Assembly (NCBI GenBank): GCA_038534095.1
Contig: JBCAXK010000059.1
Location: 1 to 7,410, forward strand
DNA from: Chlamydiota bacterium
GTDB taxonomy: Bacteria > Chlamydiota > Chlamydiia > Chlamydiales > SM23-39
Reading direction: 5' to 3'
Length of the DNA stretch: 7,410 bases
Part shown: positions 1 through 7,097 of the stretch, piece after piece
How the letters are laid out: every line of letters starts with the position of its first letter
Position numbering within the stretch: position 1 is the first letter of the stretch
Translations under genes and position numbers: made by a program
Notes under the pieces: generated by a model
Seen by the model: only the letters and a program-made list of their open reading frames with translations
What the model was told of the DNA's origin: nothing
Databases searched by the model: none

Positions 1-10
1 TGAAATTCAT
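1..10 (-). CDS. Possible start (M-N-F...) of a divergent gene running off the left edge
   Basis: The minus strand reads AAGGAGGataaATGaatttca: a strong Shine-Dalgarno 4 nt before an ATG at 10-8. Only 3 codons are visible, so the ORF cannot be verified. Confidence 0.35.
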
Positions 11-42
11 TTATCCTCCTTGGGGTTTCCCAAGGAGGATAA
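11..42. repeat. Perfect 14-bp inverted repeat (hairpin) with a 4-nt loop, pairing AGGAGG with CCTCCT
   Basis: ttatcctccttggg (11-24) - gttt - cccaaggaggataa (29-42) are exact reverse complements. No U-tract follows on either strand. Confidence 0.9.
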
Positions 43-95
43 CAAAATCAATGAAAATTTTGATGCGTCAGTTCTGGTGATTGATCATGAAAGTA

Positions 96-124
96 TTGAC
101 AAATTTCTGAGAAAAAATCAAAAT
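96..124 (+). promoter_or_regulatory. Putative sigma70-type promoter of the dikinase-pepM-oxidoreductase operon
   Basis: Consensus -35 TTGACA at 96-101, 17-nt spacer, -10 CAAAAT at 119-124 (4/6 match). GAGG at 142-145 lies 6 nt before ATG 152. Confidence 0.55.
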
Positions 125-151
125 TAATTCCCTAAAATCCCGAGGCATGTG

Positions 152-2731
152 ATGCACTTTGATCATGATACAGCAAGTCAACCGCAAATCGTCGAAGTCT
201 TTCATGTGGAGGCAGAAAATAAGAGCAGTAGGAATCCCCATATGCAGGAGCAAAAACCTAATGTAAGCTACACCATTTCCGATCACGATCAGATAGGCAT
301 ATTTTTTCATGATACAAATGCAAAATTAACAAATACTTCCGTTGGTGGGAAGGCAGTTAATATGCAAAAGCTTGGCCAAATAGAAGGTCTTGCTGTTCCC
401 TCATGGTTTGTAATAGCCTCTCAAGTGTTCCAAGAATTTTTAACTGAAAACGGCCTCATGCAGATCATTCATGAACTCGATATGCTATGCCAGAATCCAC
501 AAGAAAACTCTAAATTAATACAATCGCTTGCGGATAAAATACGACTGTTAATAATAGAAAAACCATTAAAAAAAGACTTCTACCTCAAACTAAAAAATGC
601 TTACGGAAAACTGTCCCTATCTGCACTTACAACTCTTCCAAGTTTTGCAGTACGAAGTTCCGGAATCATCGAAGATAGTGCTACATCGTCTTGCGCGGGA
701 TTGTACGATACTCAGCTGCATCAAAAAGGCATCGATCATATTGCGGATGGAATAAAGTCAGTATGGGCATCTTCATTTAATCCTCGTGTTATCCAAGAGC
801 GCATCCGACTGGGATTAAAGCAAACGCAATGTGAAATGGGTGTAATCATTCAAGAACAAGTAAATGCACGTTCTTCCGGGGTTATTTCTACTCTTGTGCT
901 GAGCAACAATTATCCAGGCATCCAAATCAGCGGAAATTATGGAGTTGGGGAGAGTGTAGTAAGCGGAGAAGTATCTGTTGACGGGTGGGTACTGCACCCC
1001 CAAAAGGGGTATATTCTAGAAGAAATTAAGGGAAGCAAGGAGTCTTGTCACCAGCTCTCTTTGCAAGAAGGAGTAGAGAAAGTAGATCTACCTATCTCAA
1101 AAAGGGATGCTTTTGTGCTCAATCAAAGCGAGCTTTCAATCCTATTTGCTCAAGTTCAGACAATTAAAGATTCTTATAACTGTGATGTCGATATTGAATA
1201 TGCAGTGGATCAACGAGGAATTATTTTCATTCTGCAAGCTCGACCCCTTGTAAATGTGCAATTGGATGAAATTCGCGTTGTAGATGTGGAGGACATGAAT
1301 GAACTCAATACAATTGGTAAGGGGCATTTTTCCGTCGCAGGGGTCGCCACAGGGCGCTTAGTGTTCATAGAGTCTTTGGAAGCTCTTGAAACGGGAGAAA
1401 TCGTTCTTCAACCCCAGGATATTGCATTGGCATATATTACCACGAATGTATGGTCTCAATACCTTGGCCATATTAAGGGCTTGGTGACTCGAGAAGGATC
1501 TCCGGCTTCACATCCCATTCTACTAAGCCGTGAAAAACAAATCCCTTGTGTTATTGGAATTGCTGACGATTTTGAGCAATTGATTGCCTATTCAGGTCAA
1601 ATCGTCACAATAGATGGTTTTAACAAGTGTGTCTATGAAGGAGATGTCAAAACAAAATCAGCCAGTCAGGATGACCTGTTAAAGCAGTTCGAGCCTGTGT
1701 CTATACGACAATGGCCTGAACTTGCCGCCTCTCTTCCCCACTTATTGCATAATAAGATGGCGGTTGAATCTGAAGGTCTTTATTGGAGACGTACCCCAAC
1801 TTATCCAGTAGTGGGATTTCAAAGGGAACTGAACCTATTACGTTTTGACTTTGTTCCAATTTTACTCAAGAAACCTGATGTAAAGGTCTCATCTAATGTA
1901 ATCGATGATTATACTTGTTGCGAATTGGCTCCTTTTTCCGAATATGTCGCTTTGTTTGATGGATTCGATACAGACATGGCTTTGGCATTTAATCAAAGTC
2001 ACAAAAATTGCCTTGCAACCTTTCTAGATTGCTCCGCAAAAGCTACGAGAAGTAAGCAAGATTGGCAAGCATATATTGATGCGTATGCTCATTTGCGATC
2101 CTATATATGGCTTGGAGATGCTCTACGATCTTATGCTCAAAGAAAAGTTGAAGAGATTGGTATGGAAATACAGCTCCCTCTTTTCTACCTAGAAGAGTGC
2201 GCCAAAGAAATTCAAGCAACTCTTCCTGAACTCGATACACAAATGCACCAAGAGTTGCGTGCGCTTGCTATGCGATTTCAAAAGGAACCTATCTTTGAAG
2301 ACGTGACTATTTTAGAAAAACATGACCCGGAACTCTATCAATCTGTTGAAGAGCTTGGGAAAAAATATCGATTTGAACACAAGATCTCCTTAGATAAAGA
2401 GTTAGACCTAAATGTAGTTTACAAAAGACTGAAAAGGGAGGTTGAGGCTGTAATTCAGGGGAAATCTCTATCAACAAATAAAGCAACTGATCAAACTCGA
2501 ATCTTTCTCCCAGAAATGGATGAACTGAAAAAATGGCTATATGTGACGATTTGGAACCGTATTCTGCAGTCTGACTCTCATCATCTAGATGCTCGGGCTA
2601 AGGAAATCGTACGTCCTCAACTTTTAAAACTTGGCCAACTACTCACGGAAAAAGGCTCCATAAAGTCTGCTGAGCATATTTTCAATTATTCCATAGAGGA
2701 AATTGGAGGTTTCATAAGGGAGGTTCTATAA
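152..2731 (+). CDS. PEP/pyruvate-dikinase-family phosphotransferase (PPDK_N ATP-grasp + PEP-utilising mobile phospho-His domain + atypical C-terminal domain)
   Basis: ATP-grasp motifs VGGKAVNM, FAVRSS, ED...SCAGLYDT, GVIIQEQV, GVGESVVSG and DIEYA...ILQARP. Swivel motif GLVTREGSPASHPILLSREKQIPCV (His codon 1511-1513). The last ~360 aa lack PEP-synthase barrel motifs. The ORF track starts at GTG 149; ATG 152 is preferred from RBS spacing. Confidence 0.85.
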   Translation: MHFDHDTASQPQIVEVFHVEAENKSSRNPHMQEQKPNVSYTISDHDQIGIFFHDTNAKLTNTSVGGKAVNMQKLGQIEGLAVPSWFVIASQVFQEFLTENGLMQIIHELDMLCQNPQENSKLIQSLADKIRLLIIEKPLKKDFYLKLKNAYGKLSLSALTTLPSFAVRSSGIIEDSATSSCAGLYDTQLHQKGIDHIADGIKSVWASSFNPRVIQERIRLGLKQTQCEMGVIIQEQVNARSSGVISTLVLSNNYPGIQISGNYGVGESVVSGEVSVDGWVLHPQKGYILEEIKGSKESCHQLSLQEGVEKVDLPISKRDAFVLNQSELSILFAQVQTIKDSYNCDVDIEYAVDQRGIIFILQARPLVNVQLDEIRVVDVEDMNELNTIGKGHFSVAGVATGRLVFIESLEALETGEIVLQPQDIALAYITTNVWSQYLGHIKGLVTREGSPASHPILLSREKQIPCVIGIADDFEQLIAYSGQIVTIDGFNKCVYEGDVKTKSASQDDLLKQFEPVSIRQWPELAASLPHLLHNKMAVESEGLYWRRTPTYPVVGFQRELNLLRFDFVPILLKKPDVKVSSNVIDDYTCCELAPFSEYVALFDGFDTDMALAFNQSHKNCLATFLDCSAKATRSKQDWQAYIDAYAHLRSYIWLGDALRSYAQRKVEEIGMEIQLPLFYLEECAKEIQATLPELDTQMHQELRALAMRFQKEPIFEDVTILEKHDPELYQSVEELGKKYRFEHKISLDKELDLNVVYKRLKREVEAVIQGKSLSTNKATDQTRIFLPEMDELKKWLYVTIWNRILQSDSHHLDARAKEIVRPQLLKLGQLLTEKGSIKSAEHIFNYSIEEIGGFIREVL

Positions 2732-2733
2732 AA

Positions 2734-3624
2734 ATGAAGCGAAAAGCTCACGCGTTAAGGCAAGTTCTCTACTCGCCAAAAGTGGATTTTTCCCTTGAAG
2801 CTCACAATGGTATTTCTGCAAAAATTGTGGAGGAAGCAGGTTTTCCTGTGATTTGGGGGTCAGGGCTCACAATTTCATCTTCTCTGGGTCATCGCGATTG
2901 CAATGAGATCTCGTGGACCAATCTTTGCGATCAAGTTGAGTATATGATCGATGGGACTTCTATTCCTCTTCTTCTCGATGGCGATTCTGGATTTGGAAAT
3001 TTTAATAATGTGCGGCAGCTTGTTCGCAAGCTTTGCAAGTACAACGTAGGGGGTGTATGTTTAGAGGACAAGCTCTTCCCCAAAACGAATTCTTTTCTTC
3101 CCTATCATCAGACGCTTGCTCCAATTGATGAGTTTGTAGGCAAGATCAAAGCAGCTAAAGATACGCAGACAGATGAGGCCTTTTGTGTTGTAGCGCGTAT
3201 AGAAGCGTTCATTGCGGGTCTAGGCCTAGATGAGGCCATAGAGCGCGCTTATGCATACAAAGAAGCAGGTGCAGATGCTCTTATGATTCACTCAAAACAA
3301 AGTTCCCTGGTAGAAATTAAGCAGTTCTGTGAAGTATGGGATGGCTCTATTCCCATAGTGATCGCTCCAACAACCTATGCACCATCCAATCCAGAGGTCT
3401 ATAAGCAGCTAAATGTTTCCCTTGTCATCTGGTCGAATCAGCTTCTGCGCGTTTCAATCAAGGCGATGCGGGGCTTTGCAAAATCCCTTTTTGAAACACA
3501 AACGACTCATGCTATCCATTCTGAAATGGCTTCACTCCAAGATATTTTTAACCTTGTAGAGCAAGAGGAGCTAGAACGAGCGGAAGAGAAGTATGATCCT
3601 TGCAAACCAAGTCAAATATCGTAA
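2734..3624 (+). CDS. pepM: Phosphoenolpyruvate mutase (PEP phosphomutase)
   Basis: EDKLFPKTNS at 3064-3093 matches the PepM EDKxxxxxNS signature. Also EAHNGISA, WGSGL, RDCNE, DGDSGFG, ARIEA and IHSK; 296-aa stand-alone length. GGAGG RBS at 2719-2723 inside the upstream gene, 2-nt gap. Confidence 0.93.
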   Translation: MKRKAHALRQVLYSPKVDFSLEAHNGISAKIVEEAGFPVIWGSGLTISSSLGHRDCNEISWTNLCDQVEYMIDGTSIPLLLDGDSGFGNFNNVRQLVRKLCKYNVGGVCLEDKLFPKTNSFLPYHQTLAPIDEFVGKIKAAKDTQTDEAFCVVARIEAFIAGLGLDEAIERAYAYKEAGADALMIHSKQSSLVEIKQFCEVWDGSIPIVIAPTTYAPSNPEVYKQLNVSLVIWSNQLLRVSIKAMRGFAKSLFETQTTHAIHSEMASLQDIFNLVEQEELERAEEKYDPCKPSQIS

Positions 3625-4960
3625 CCTTGTTCTCATTGGATGCGGTCCCCACTATCGCAAAAGATACCATTCAGTACTTGAAGTTGAAAATACCAGTATT
3701 TCTCTACTTATCGACCTTCAAGACCAAGAAGAAACCATTTTAAGCTTTTTTCGGGATAAAAAGGTAAAACCTGATAAAACCTTATTCCTTGACGAGAGAT
3801 TTCGAAACTTTCTTTCTCCCGACTTGCTCGATTATTTAATACCGAAGATAGACCTAGGGCAAGTTGATGCCGTGTTACTCTGCACCGAACCAAAGGTGCG
3901 TAAATCATACGCATTGTGGGCACTGAGGCATAAATTTTCCCTTTTTATGGATAAACCTCCCTGTGCCTTTCCATCTCTCGAACAAAAGGACACTCTGTTA
4001 TACGATTATGAAGAGATTGTCCTCGCCGCAGAAAAAGCTGAAGTGAATGTAGTCGTATCATGCGAAAGAAGAGGTCATTTAGGATATTTATGGTTAATGG
4101 ACTACTTGCTCCAATTCATCCAAGAAGAGGCAGTTCCCATTACCTCTATAAATATCCATTTTGCTGGTGGCAATTGGGTGACTCCTGTAGAATATCTTCA
4201 CCAAGAACAGCATCCCTTCAAGTATGGATATGGGCTTTTACTCCACTCAGGGTATCATTACGTTGATCTACTCTCATCATTTATTTGTCTGAATCAATCA
4301 GAAGCCATAGATTACGACTTGAAAACCCTTTCTACAACCCCGCAAGATTTACTATCAGGTATTAACAGTGAAAGCATGTGCCGCTTATCCACTGCAAGTG
4401 CTTTTCAAAAGGATCTAAGTGCACTTGGTGAAGTAAGTGTTTTTCTCATTGGCCAAGCCAAAATTCGAGAGCGGTTGCTCACAAGCTTTTCACTGCAGCT
4501 TGAAAATACCTCTGTCTCTAAACGAACCTGCGATACCCCTTCTCAAGAAGCCAAGTGGAGAATGAGACAGGAATATGTCGTTATTCATTTGGGGCATCTT
4601 GCTTCAATTCATATTAGTTGCATTCCATTCAAGAAACTCGATCCAAATAGCTACCCCATTGAGGATTTCAACATTGTGATTATGCATAGTCCTCTTTTAA
4701 CGAATCGACAGCCCATTATCACGATGACAAGAGAAGATATTCCTACTTTTCCACACAATCTAAAAAATACAGGTTCTCTCAATCAATATGCCAGAGAATG
4801 GCAGTTAAGGGAATTTTTAAACGGAAGAAACGGGAACTCATTGCTAACATCGCACAGAAACACTATACAATTACTGGATATGATTTATTCTGAGATCCAC
4901 AGGCAACAAACTCCTACCCCCACTGAAAAAGCGCCACTATGCAACCCTCATTTGACATAA
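3593..4960 (+). CDS. Divergent Gfo/Idh/MocA-like NAD(P)-dependent oxidoreductase
   Basis: N-terminal Rossmann strand LVLIGCGPH; DAVLLCTEP...ALWAL...LFMDKP parallels the family V.iaTP...Al...Vl.EKP motif; GLLLHSGYHYVDL parallels G.l.d.g.H.iD. Overlaps pepM by 32 nt. Confidence 0.7.
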   Translation: MILANQVKYRNLVLIGCGPHYRKRYHSVLEVENTSISLLIDLQDQEETILSFFRDKKVKPDKTLFLDERFRNFLSPDLLDYLIPKIDLGQVDAVLLCTEPKVRKSYALWALRHKFSLFMDKPPCAFPSLEQKDTLLYDYEEIVLAAEKAEVNVVVSCERRGHLGYLWLMDYLLQFIQEEAVPITSINIHFAGGNWVTPVEYLHQEQHPFKYGYGLLLHSGYHYVDLLSSFICLNQSEAIDYDLKTLSTTPQDLLSGINSESMCRLSTASAFQKDLSALGEVSVFLIGQAKIRERLLTSFSLQLENTSVSKRTCDTPSQEAKWRMRQEYVVIHLGHLASIHISCIPFKKLDPNSYPIEDFNIVIMHSPLLTNRQPIITMTREDIPTFPHNLKNTGSLNQYAREWQLREFLNGRNGNSLLTSHRNTIQLLDMIYSEIHRQQTPTPTEKAPLCNPHLT

Positions 4961-4966
4961 GGGCGC
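4926..4966 (-). terminator. Possible intrinsic terminator of the minus-strand operon
   Basis: The minus strand reads gcgcccttatgtcaa-atgaggg-ttgcatagtggcgc-TTTTT: an imperfect ~13-bp stem (one mismatch, one bulge, one G-U) followed by U5, starting 11 nt after the citrate-synthase-like stop. Confidence 0.4.
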
Positions 4967-4977
4967 AGAAATAGCTC

Positions 4978-6192
4978 CTAATCCTTTGTCATATCGCAAG
5001 GACGCGTAAGCGGATAACCGTCCTTTGAATGCTCCACATAATTTGCAATCCATCCGGTAATACGCCCCAAAGCCAACATACATGTGTTCATTTCTCGTGG
5101 CGCTCCGAAGAGTCTATAAAAGATGCAATTGAAAAGATCAGGATTCGGGGTTAGATTTCGTTTTTTGAAAAATTCATCATTGGACACACGTTCTATAAGC
5201 TTAATAGCAGCGTCTCTATACCTAGCTATCTCAGGGAAATCGAACGACTTATCAGTCAGTATTTGGTGCATTTTTTCTACCCTTGGATCCCAACAGTTTA
5301 GAATGCGGTTATATGTTCTTTGCCCAAATCCCATTAAAAGCGTCTTGCTTTCAATCTTTTTGTCGACGTAGGTATCCACATCCAAACCGCTTTCTAATAA
5401 CTCTTCATACATAGCCGAGACAAATTGACTAGCTCCTCCATGGATCATTCCATTGAAAGCTGCCATTCCTGAAGCTACAGCCGTATATATGCTACTGCGA
5501 GCGCTTGCTACGCTTCTGACTGTTGCTGCAGAGCAGTTTTGACCATGTTCAGCATGCAGAATCATAATCGTGTTTAGAATCTTACCTAATTTTTGTATGC
5601 GGTCCTGATTCTTGCCTGCATGCATCTGGTATAGAATTTTTTCAGAATATGAACAGTCATCTTGTGGTTCTACCCACTCATAAGATTGAGTTTTTGTGTA
5701 TCGATAAGAAACTGTAATTGCGACTTGGGCAATTAAAAACCCAGCTTTTTCCACAATGTCTTGGGGATCTTTTAAATACGCATTTTCAATGCCTCCCAGT
5801 CCAGTCACCACCATGCCCAACACATCCATAGGGTGAGTTTCCAAAGGAATGACGTCCATCAAGTCCTTTTGCTCTTTCAGGAGATGAAAATGATCGCGCA
5901 CGGCTTTTTTAAAATCTGCTTTTCTCCGGTCCTCTTCCCCAAAAATGATGAAATATGCAACATCCAAAAAATCAGATTCTAATAATGTTTCAACAGACTT
6001 TCCACGATAGTAGAGCTTGCCATCACTTTTATCTATTTTACATAAGGCGCTCTTACAAATGGCTGTGTGATACAGGCCGGGATCATAGATCATTAATTTA
6101 TTGACGGCCTCTTTCAAATGAAGAACAGTATATTCCCCTTCAGCACTTACAGAAAATAAATCATCTAAATCAACATCTTTGATTGCAGTCAT
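4978..6192 (-). CDS. Citrate synthase family protein (type II/GltA-like) with a non-canonical active site
   Basis: YDPGLYHTAICKS...IDKSDGKLYYRG, HPMDVL, ILHAEHGQNCS, HGGA, LMGFGQRTY...DPR, PNPDLF, GRITGWIA and C-terminal LTRP. AAGGA RBS upstream of ATG 6192. Confidence 0.88.
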   Translation of the reverse strand: MTAIKDVDLDDLFSVSAEGEYTVLHLKEAVNKLMIYDPGLYHTAICKSALCKIDKSDGKLYYRGKSVETLLESDFLDVAYFIIFGEEDRRKADFKKAVRDHFHLLKEQKDLMDVIPLETHPMDVLGMVVTGLGGIENAYLKDPQDIVEKAGFLIAQVAITVSYRYTKTQSYEWVEPQDDCSYSEKILYQMHAGKNQDRIQKLGKILNTIMILHAEHGQNCSAATVRSVASARSSIYTAVASGMAAFNGMIHGGASQFVSAMYEELLESGLDVDTYVDKKIESKTLLMGFGQRTYNRILNCWDPRVEKMHQILTDKSFDFPEIARYRDAAIKLIERVSNDEFFKKRNLTPNPDLFNCIFYRLFGAPREMNTCMLALGRITGWIANYVEHSKDGYPLTRPCDMTKD

Positions 6193-6210
6193 AAAATATC
6201 CTTTTACATG

Positions 6211-7077
6211 TTAATGCGTTACTAAGGTTTCATGTTTCTCAGAGAAATAATTCTCAAGATAACGATGAAATAGCGAGCGCATCTTGGCTGTGTGGGCACC
6301 AGGAAGTCCTGTGCCTACTTTTTTATCGTCTATCTGTACAAGGGGAACGGCATCTTTTACACTCGAACAGAGAAAGGCCTCATCACAAGCTTCGATCTCG
6401 TCTAGATGTAAAGCCCGAAACTCGACGGGGTAGTGCTCTTTAGCTAGCCTAAGCAATATAGTTCTTGTAACACCGTTTACTACTTGATCATCTTTAGCAG
6501 TAATCCATTTTCCGTCTTTAAGAAAAAAAAGATTACTCGTTGTAGCTTCTAAAAGTTCCTGAGAGGAATTAAGGTAAATTGCATCATCCGCTCGAGCCTT
6601 TTCCGCTTTTTTCATCGCTAAAACAGCATGCGTATAGTTTGTAGCTTTTACACAAGGGTAAGTACGGTCCGAATGGAAGGTAACTACGCGCATTCCTTCC
6701 TTATAATACCTCTCCGGATGGGGCTGAAATGGGTGAAATAGCATAACTAATTCTGAATGATTTGCGGGCAAAAGGAACTCTTTCCCACACAACCCACCTG
6801 TAATAAGGAAACGAATTCCCGCATCTATGGGTGGATTTTTATCGATGAGCTGAAGTGTTAACGCTTTGATCTCTCCTATATCCATAGGGAGAGCCAAGTC
6901 AATTTGCTGGGCAGACCATTTTAATCGATCGAGATGATCGTCCAGATGGAATGGTTTCCCTTGATATAATTGGACATAGTCGAACACTCCATATCCTCGG
7001 AGCAATCCAAGGTCAAAAGGACTGAAGACAGCCTCTTGTTCGTTTGCGAAAGCATTATTCAGAAAATGAAAGATCAT
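6211..7077 (-). CDS. Aminotransferase class IV (PLP fold type IV; D-amino-acid transaminase-like)
   Basis: DLGLLRGYGVFDY, HLDRL, GIRFLITGG, catalytic Lys in VKATNY, EATTSNLF, NGVTR and DEAFLCSS. 18-nt gap to the downstream gene. Confidence 0.9.
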   Translation of the reverse strand: MIFHFLNNAFANEQEAVFSPFDLGLLRGYGVFDYVQLYQGKPFHLDDHLDRLKWSAQQIDLALPMDIGEIKALTLQLIDKNPPIDAGIRFLITGGLCGKEFLLPANHSELVMLFHPFQPHPERYYKEGMRVVTFHSDRTYPCVKATNYTHAVLAMKKAEKARADDAIYLNSSQELLEATTSNLFFLKDGKWITAKDDQVVNGVTRTILLRLAKEHYPVEFRALHLDEIEACDEAFLCSSVKDAVPLVQIDDKKVGTGLPGAHTAKMRSLFHRYLENYFSEKHETLVTH

Positions 7078-7097
7078 TTTTTAACTTTTTCCAAATG

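Noticed and set aside
81..168. 10-nt direct repeat ttgatcatga at 81-90 and 159-168 flanking the promoter, as a possible operator pair
   Set aside because: Short, AT-rich and only two copies, one inside coding sequence; cannot be told from chance without comparative data.
152..2731. Annotation as housekeeping PEP synthase ppsA or as rifampicin resistance gene rph
   Set aside because: It lacks the PpsA C-terminal barrel motifs, and its His domain is central rather than C-terminal as in RPH. Substrate cannot be assigned from sequence.
2734..3624. Phosphonopyruvate hydrolase (catabolic) instead of PEP mutase
   Set aside because: The loop keeps the Asn of EDKxxxxxNS, which hydrolases replace (Thr in the characterised enzyme). 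No phosphonate transporter is in the window.
68..5371. Short track ORFs 68-310, 815-1003, 1142-1327, 2043-2240, 3708-3923, 4060-4266 and 5123-5371
   Set aside because: All are 61-82 aa, lie antisense or out of frame within or across well-supported genes, and show no recognisable motifs.
2734..6192. Methylcitrate cycle (prpB lyase + prpC synthase) as the explanation for an ICL-superfamily gene near a citrate synthase homolog
   Set aside because: The catalytic loop is EDKLFPKTNS (PepM), not EDQ...KRCGH (PrpB/ICL). No prpD or acnD is present and the genes are on opposite strands.
6523..6530. A8 homopolymer in the aminotransferase as a phase-variation tract
   Set aside because: The frame is intact, the run encodes the conserved NLFF motif, and such runs are common in AT-rich DNA.
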